From assembly GCF_009914755.1 (NCBI RefSeq), contig NC_060928.1: a stretch of DNA of 64,000 nt; one strand, given 5' to 3'. The translations under genes and the position numbers were made by a program. Shown piece by piece: positions 36,505 through 64,000 of the stretch. The stretch's first letter is position 1; every line of letters begins with the position of its first letter. Source of the DNA: the human T2T-CHM13v2.0 reference genome, Homo sapiens. Below the pieces are notes generated by a model. The model saw nothing but the letters and a program-made list of their open reading frames with translations, was not told the DNA's origin and ran no database searches.

Positions 36505-37696
36505 TCATAAGAAACTCCATGGCTGGACCATGATCTGCATCCCTGAGTCTGTCACAGTTAGTGTTGCAAGACAGACTTATTCCTCCTTGTGTGCCATTCC
36601 CTTTCTGGGGTATTTAGCACATGCCATGGGGAACAGAAGGGATATTTGGCAATGTGACTAAATGCAGGGAGAGAGACAGACAGAGACTGTTTTTGAATAT
36701 TAACAGAGAAGGGCAGTCTTTTCAATGTGAACAGTCTGATTGTATATACACCATGGATAGGATTGATACACTCCCGATCTCATCTAAAGTGGAGCAGAGC
36801 TGAATGGCTCAAGCCTGTGCCAAATGTAGAAAAGAGATAGGATCCTAGGGAAAGGGTGCAAGTCTCTGTCATGGAGGGAGGAGAAAAGAAAGAGAAGATC
36901 CCAAAGGGAGATTGTATATTTGTGGGAAAAAAGAGGCGTGGCCATGTAGGGCAGCTCAATGGACCTAAATGAAGGTGTCCTAAATGGACCACTGCCCATT
37001 AAGGATAAATGGGAAAGCTGATATGAAAAGAATAGAGGAACTCTTTCCGAACTCTTACTTCCTTGGTACTTGGAGTTGGGAGCTCTGACACTAACTTGAA
37101 GCAAGGGACTATTATGTACATTCTGTAAGAATGAAGCTCTGTGGGGGCAAGGATCTTTATTTTGTTCACTCATGTATCCTAAGTGCCTGGCACCTATAGG
37201 TACTCAATAAATATTTGTTCAATTAAATAAATTATAGATTGTGTATATATGCTTGACTGGCTAACAGAGGGATTGTTTTATATTGGATTGTACCACCTCT
37301 GCATTTCCTATTCAGAGCATAATTCTGATGTTTCGTTAGAAATCAGCTGGACGTGGTGGCTCACGCCTGTAATCCCAGCACTTTGGGAAGCTGAAGCGGG
37401 CAGATCACAAGGTCAGGAGATGGAGACCATCCTGGCTAATATGGTGAAACCCCATCTCTACTAAAAATACAAAAAGTATCTGGGTGTGGTGGCGTGTGCC
37501 TGTAATCCCAGCTACTCGGGAGGCTGAGGCAGAAGAATCGCTTGAACCTGGGAGGCAGAGGTGCAGTGAACAGAGATCACACCACTGCACTCAAGCCTGG
37601 TGATAGAGTGAGACTCCATGTCAAAAAGAAAGAAAGAAAAGAAACCAACTAGTAAGGCAGGGCGCAGTGGCTCATGCCTGTAATTCCAGCACTTTA

Positions 37697-37963
<267 letters not shown>

Positions 37964-38112
37964 TCACAAAAAAAAAAAAAAAAAAAATCAACCAGCAGGG
38001 CTGGGCGTGGTGGCTCAAGTCTGTAATTCCAGCACTTTGGGAGGCTGAGGCAGGCAGATCACTTGAGGTCCCAAGGTACTGGGATTACAGGAGTGAGCCA
38101 CCCCACCCAGCC

Positions 38113-39222
<1,110 letters not shown>

Positions 39223-39544
39223 TTCTTTTTCTTTCTTTCTTTCCTTTTTTTTTTTTTTGGACACAGAGTCTCCTTCTGTCCCCCAGGCTAGAGTGCAGTG
39301 AACTCACTGCAACCTCTGCCTCCTGGATTCAAGGGATTCCCCTGCCTCAGCCTCCTGCGCAGCTGGGACTACAGGTGTGTGCCACCACGCCTGGCTAATT
39401 GAGACTATCTTTTCATTCTCTATATGGAAAATAATATTATAAAATTGTTGCCCTATGAGAAGATGACCAAAGATCACCAAATTTTTGGAAAATGAGAAGA
39501 TGGAAACATGGATTCTTTCATTTGACTGTTGGCTTAATCCATAA

Positions 39545-40112
<568 letters not shown>

Positions 40113-40401
40113 TAGTCCTGCACATCAAGGAATTCACAGTCTAAGGTGGAATAGGCCCCTAACAAGTAAACTTACCAATTATTACTTATTTATAATTAGT
40201 ATAATTATGACAAAAAATAAGTGCAAGAGAGCTAACCAGAAAGATTCCTTGAAAAACAGGATGTCTAAATTGGGGTAGTAATCCAGATTAAAAGGGGAAG
40301 AAAGAATAACCTATTTTGGGGGAATAGCAGAACAAAAGGCTCTGAGGTAGGAAAGTACTTGTTAACTTCAAAGAACAAAAAAATAAAAAAATAAAAAAAA
40401 A

Positions 40402-42735
<2,334 letters not shown>

Positions 42736-42809
42736 CTAGTGTGCCATGAGCAATGGGAAAGTGGTGAATGAATCCAACAAGTTAATTTTGCCTGTTCTGA
42801 AACTTCATA

Positions 42810-45100
<2,291 letters not shown>

Positions 45101-45104
45101 GATA

Positions 45105-45660
<556 letters not shown>

Positions 45661-46388
45661 ATGTGAGATTTTTAGTCCACTGTTTTCCCCACCTCACTGC
45701 AGAGTAAAAGCAAGAATATACTCTTTGTTATACAGCAATTTTAATAAAAGAGCTAGGAATAGTTTAATACCTATCTGATCCTTTCATTGACCTCATGAAA
45801 GCACTTGGGTTCTAGCAACTGCAGGTAAAAAGAGCTGGGTCAAGTAATTCAGCACGGCCATAGCATCACCCTGGCCTGAGTCCATATCACCAAAATTTGA
45901 TATATGAATCACACTTTGAGATGGAAGGTGTCCAGATACCAAAGGGTCCTTGTTGATGCTTGGAGGTGGGGAATTGATCTTGTCTATACCCTCAAGTTTA
46001 ATAAAGAATTCCTAACTGCAGAAGAGATTCTTTATCTGCTGCCAAATAGTCTTAATCCTACTTCCTCTTTCCTACTTCCCCCACAGGACTGACCTCAAGC
46101 AAAGATCTGTAACTCTAGCCTTACTGTGCAAGCCCATGGCACTTTTAGTATATCTGCATGTTCAGCAGAAGCTAGATATGTCCCTGCTTTGCAACAACTG
46201 GTAATGGTGAGTCGGCTGTGTAAGGTCAAGTGCTACTCCCATATGCATGGAATGCTTTCTGATGATCACAACTGTAGTCACTTTAAATTGAATTACAACA
46301 CTGTACAAATATGATAGTATTAAGAATATCAGTCTTCAGTGAATTTTTCATATTTCTCTCTCTATATAAACAAAGACAGTATTTTTAA

Positions 46389-46646
<258 letters not shown>

Positions 46647-46758
46647 TGAGTAGCTGGGAACAGGTGTGCGCCACCACGCCCAGCTAATTTTTGTATTTTT
46701 AGTAGAGATGGGGTTTCACCATGTTGGCCAGGATGGTCTCGATCTCTTGACCTCGTGA

Positions 46759-47203
<445 letters not shown>

Positions 47204-47426
47204 TAAGGCCTTTTTGTGTGCTAATTTCTTTTTGTTTTGCTATATTTCTTCTTATCTCTTTTTTTTTTTTTTTTTTTTTTTTGAGACAGGGTCTAGCTCT
47301 CACTCAGGCTGCAGTGCAACGGCCACGATCTTGGCTCACTGCAATCTCAGCCTCCTGGGTTCAAGCAATTTTCCTTTCTTAGCCTGCTTAGTAGCTGGGA
47401 TTACAGGTGTGTGCCACCACGACTAG

Positions 47427-47603
<177 letters not shown>

Positions 47604-47956
47604 TAAGTGTTACAGATCGTTAGTAGAGACGGAGTTTTGCCACGTTGCCCAGGTTGGTCTCAAACTATTGGGCCTAAGTGATCTGTCCGCCTCTGTCTCT
47701 CAAATTGCTGGGATTACAGGTGGGAGCCACCATGCCTGGTGCTAACATATGCCCAACAGTGGTTTAGCAGCAGAGAATAACATGAAATGGAATATTCAAA
47801 GAAATAATGTCTCAATATTCTAGAATCAATGGATTACAGTGAATAATGATATATTCTTACATGGCCTATAAGACCTCAACTGATAGCCCCTCTTAAGCTT
47901 TTTAATTTTTTCCTGCCATCATTCCCTCAACTTTATATGTCACTCACTAACTGGGG

Positions 47957-48056
47957 CAAGTTTGTTCAACCTGCAGCCCCAGATGGCTTTGAATGCAACC
48001 CAACACAAATTCGTGAACTTTCTGAAAACATTATGAGATTTTTTGGAGATTTTTTG
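47957..48056 (+). mobile_element. MER30 fragment
   Basis: gatggctttgaatgcaacccaacacaaattcgtgaactttctgaaaacattatgagatttttt. Confidence 0.75.
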
Positions 48057-48057
48057 G

Positions 48058-49800
<1,743 letters not shown>

Positions 49801-50714
49801 ATTTAAATGAAATAGCTGGAACTCCATTTTGTAGTTAATGGATGGTTTATTTTCTCCCAAGAGTTTCTATATGCACGATAAATCCAGTAACCCCAGTGGT
49901 TTACTCTGGCCTGAGAACAATTGCCCTCAAATAACCAACAGGCTCATTCTATTTGTTTTGTTTGTAGATATGGGGTTTTGCTATATTGCCTAGACTGATC
50001 TTGAACTCTTGGGCTCAAGCAATCTGCCCACCTTGGCTTCCCAGAGTGCTGGGATTACAGGCATGAGCCACCATGCACGGCCTCCAGTTGCTTTTTACTG
50101 ATTGCTGTGTCAGCCACGGAGGGACCCTGACTACTGAGTTTCCCAAGGAAACTCAAGGGCTGAAGCTCAAATGGCTCCCTTTGAAGTTGAGAGTCTGCTA
50201 CCAGTGCCATAGTTACTTTCTCAGCACCACCATGGGTAGCCAGAAAGACAGTGGGGGCTCAGGGTACTGTTTGTGTAGGCCTGTTCCCCACACCACTCCG
50301 GCAATCTCAACAGCTGTTCCCTCCAAGCTCCCTGTGCATTTCCTGTATGATCTTGTAAGTATGAAGATCAGCAATAAAATGGTAAGTTGCCTTTGCTTTT
50401 CTCTGTAGTTGGCCTAAATCACCACAGCCCCTGACTCCCAACACTAGTTACACACACAGAGCATGGAGCAAGCCAGCCTCTCCATGGCATGCCTCAAGGG
50501 CCAGGATTTAAGTCACTCAATCCTGATCGTTCTGTCTCCTTCCCCCGCCCCTCAATTTGTGTTCTATTTTTCATCCTTCCTGCCACCCTCCTGGCTCAGG
50601 TCCTAACATTTATTCTGATCACTACAGAATAAGGAGACAGTAGTCTTCTTATTCGTGTCTTGCCTTCACCCATCATTCATACCACTCTGCTTACCTGCTT
50701 GCCACTGCTACACC

Positions 50715-60835
<10,121 letters not shown>

Positions 60836-61039
60836 AAGTTCTGCAATAATCTTTATTGGTTTCCCTAAACCTTTTGCAAATGATCCCTTTGCTAAATCGC
60901 CTCAAATTACCCAGTTTGAGTGTACCATGTCCTTTCTTCTAGGACTTTGATACATAGGAGAAGAACAATGTTTTTTTTTCAGGAAGATTAATTTTAGTAG
61001 CTGTATAATATTCTATAGTGCCAATATACCAACAATAAT

Positions 61040-61690
<651 letters not shown>

Positions 61691-61935
61691 GAAAGCACAG
61701 TTTACCTCATCTTAATATACTGATGTTTCCTTTTTATTGGATATTTAGATCATCTTTTGTCCTTATAAATAAGACCAAAATAAAGATGGTTATATATAAA
61801 GCCTTGCCCATATTTAATACTGTTCACATAATACAAATCTCAAAAGAATGAATAGTGAATCAAAAACAGAAATATTTTTGGCTGGGCGTGGTGGCTCATG
61901 CCTGAGGATCACCTGAAGTCAAGAGTTTTAGATCA

Positions 61936-62106
<171 letters not shown>

Positions 62107-62161
62107 CTACGGAGCAAGACTCCATCTTAATAAATAAATAAATTAAAAAAATAAATAAATA

Positions 62162-63550
62162 GTCATCGGCAAAGCCTGAGTCCTGTCCTCTCACTCCTCC
62201 CCGGACAGAATGAGCTTCACCATTCGTTCCACCTTCTCCACCAGCTACTGGTCCCTGAGCTCTGTCCAGGTGCCCAGCTACGGCGCTCGGCCAGTCAGCA
62301 GCTCTGCCAGCATCTATGCAGGTGCCGGGGGCTCTGGTTCCTGGATCTCCGTGTCCCGTTCCACCAGCTTCCGGCTCGGCATTGGGTTCCAGGGCCTGGC
62401 TGCTGGGATGGCCGGGGGTCTGGCAGGAATGGGAGGCATCCAGAACTATAAGGAGGCCATGCAAAGCCTGAACGACCGCCTGGCCTCCTACCTGGACAGA
62501 GTGAGGAGCTTGGAGACCGAGAACTGGAAGCTGGAGAGCAAAATCCGGGAGCATCTGGAGAAGAAGGGACTCCAGGTCAGAGTCTGGAGCCATTACTTCA
62601 AGACCATCGAGGACCTGAGGGCTCAGATCTTCGCAAATACTGTGGACAATGCCTTCATCTTTCTGTAGATCAACAATGCCCGTCTTGCTGCTAATGACTT
62701 TGGAGTCAAGTATGAGACAGAGCTGGCCCTGTGCCAGTCTGTAAAGAACTACATCCATGGGCTCTGCAAGCTCACTGATGACACCAATGTCACTTGGCTG
62801 CAGCTGGAGACAGAGATCGAGGCTCTCAAGGAGGAGCTGGTCTTCATGAAGAAGAACCACAAAGATTAAGTAAAAGGTCTACAAGCTCAGACTGCCAGCT
62901 CTGGGTTGACCGTGGAGGTAGATGACCCCAAATCTCAGGACCTTGCCAGGATCATAGCAGACATCCAGGCCCAATATGATGAGCTGGCTTGAAAGAACTG
63001 AGGGGACCTAGACAAGTACTGGTCTCAGCAGATTGAGGAGAGACCACAGTGGTCACCACGCAGACCGCCAAGGTTGGAGCTGCTGAGATGCTGCTCACGG
63101 AGCTGAGACATACAGTCCAGTCCTTGGAGATCGACCTGGACTCCATGAGAAATCTGAAGGCCAGCTTGGAGAACAGCCTGAGGGAGATGGAGGCCCGGTA
63201 CACCCTGCAGATGGAGCAGCTCAACGGGATCCTGCTGCACCTGGAGTCAGAGCTGGCACAGACCCGGGCAGAGGGACAGTGCCAGGCCCAGGAGTAGGAG
63301 GCCCTGCTGAATATCAAGGTCAAGCTAGAGGCTGAGATTGCCACCTACCTGCCTGCTGGAAGACGGCAAGGACTTCAATCTTGGTGATGCCCTGGACAAC
63401 TCCATGCAAACCATCCAAAAGACCACCACCCGCAGGATAGTGGATGGCAAAGTGGTGTCTGAGACCAATGACACCAAAGTTCTGAGACGTTAAGCCAGAA
63501 GAAGCAGGGTACCCTTTGGGGAGCAGGAGGCCAATAATAAGCTCAGAGAT
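62162..63550 (+). pseudogene. KRT18P25: Keratin 18 processed pseudogene, full length
   Basis: KRT18-like 5'UTR, ATG at 62210 (MSFTIRSTFSTSY...LNDRLASYLDRVRSLETEN), intronless to KVLR.* (TAA 63491-63493). Premature stops at 62666, 62867 and 63295 plus frameshifts. TSD AAAATAAATAAATA at 62148-62161 and 63551-63564. The pseudogene number is from recall. Confidence 0.93.
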
Positions 63551-63557
63551 AAAATAA

Positions 63558-63945
<388 letters not shown>

Positions 63946-64000
63946 TAGCCAGGACGGTCTCGATCTCCTGACCTCGTGATCCACCCGCCTCGACCTCCCA

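Overview
Primate (human-like) genomic DNA, extremely Alu-dense (well over half the window by eye). It holds the 5' end of PDS5A on the minus strand: a CpG-island promoter, non-coding exon 1, first coding exon 2 and about 18 kb of intron 2, followed by about 44 kb of upstream repeat-rich sequence. There are two processed pseudogenes: a PABPC1 retrocopy with a classic twin-priming 5' inversion plus a later AluY insertion, and a full-length KRT18 retrocopy. A tailless 33-nt U2 snRNA retrocopy is nested in L1M inside an MLT1 LTR. Almost every ORF in the track is an Alu or GC-rich artefact. I found no convincing new gene system. The least-explained signals are (i) repeated Alu-anchored templated insertions that captured unique flanking DNA (10.3 kb, 26.9 kb, 57.2 kb), one with a fold-back hairpin scar, and (ii) two PDS5A uORFs overlapping at an AUGA stop-start, the second in frame with the main ORF. 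Repeat subfamily names and pseudogene symbols come from recall, not from a search.
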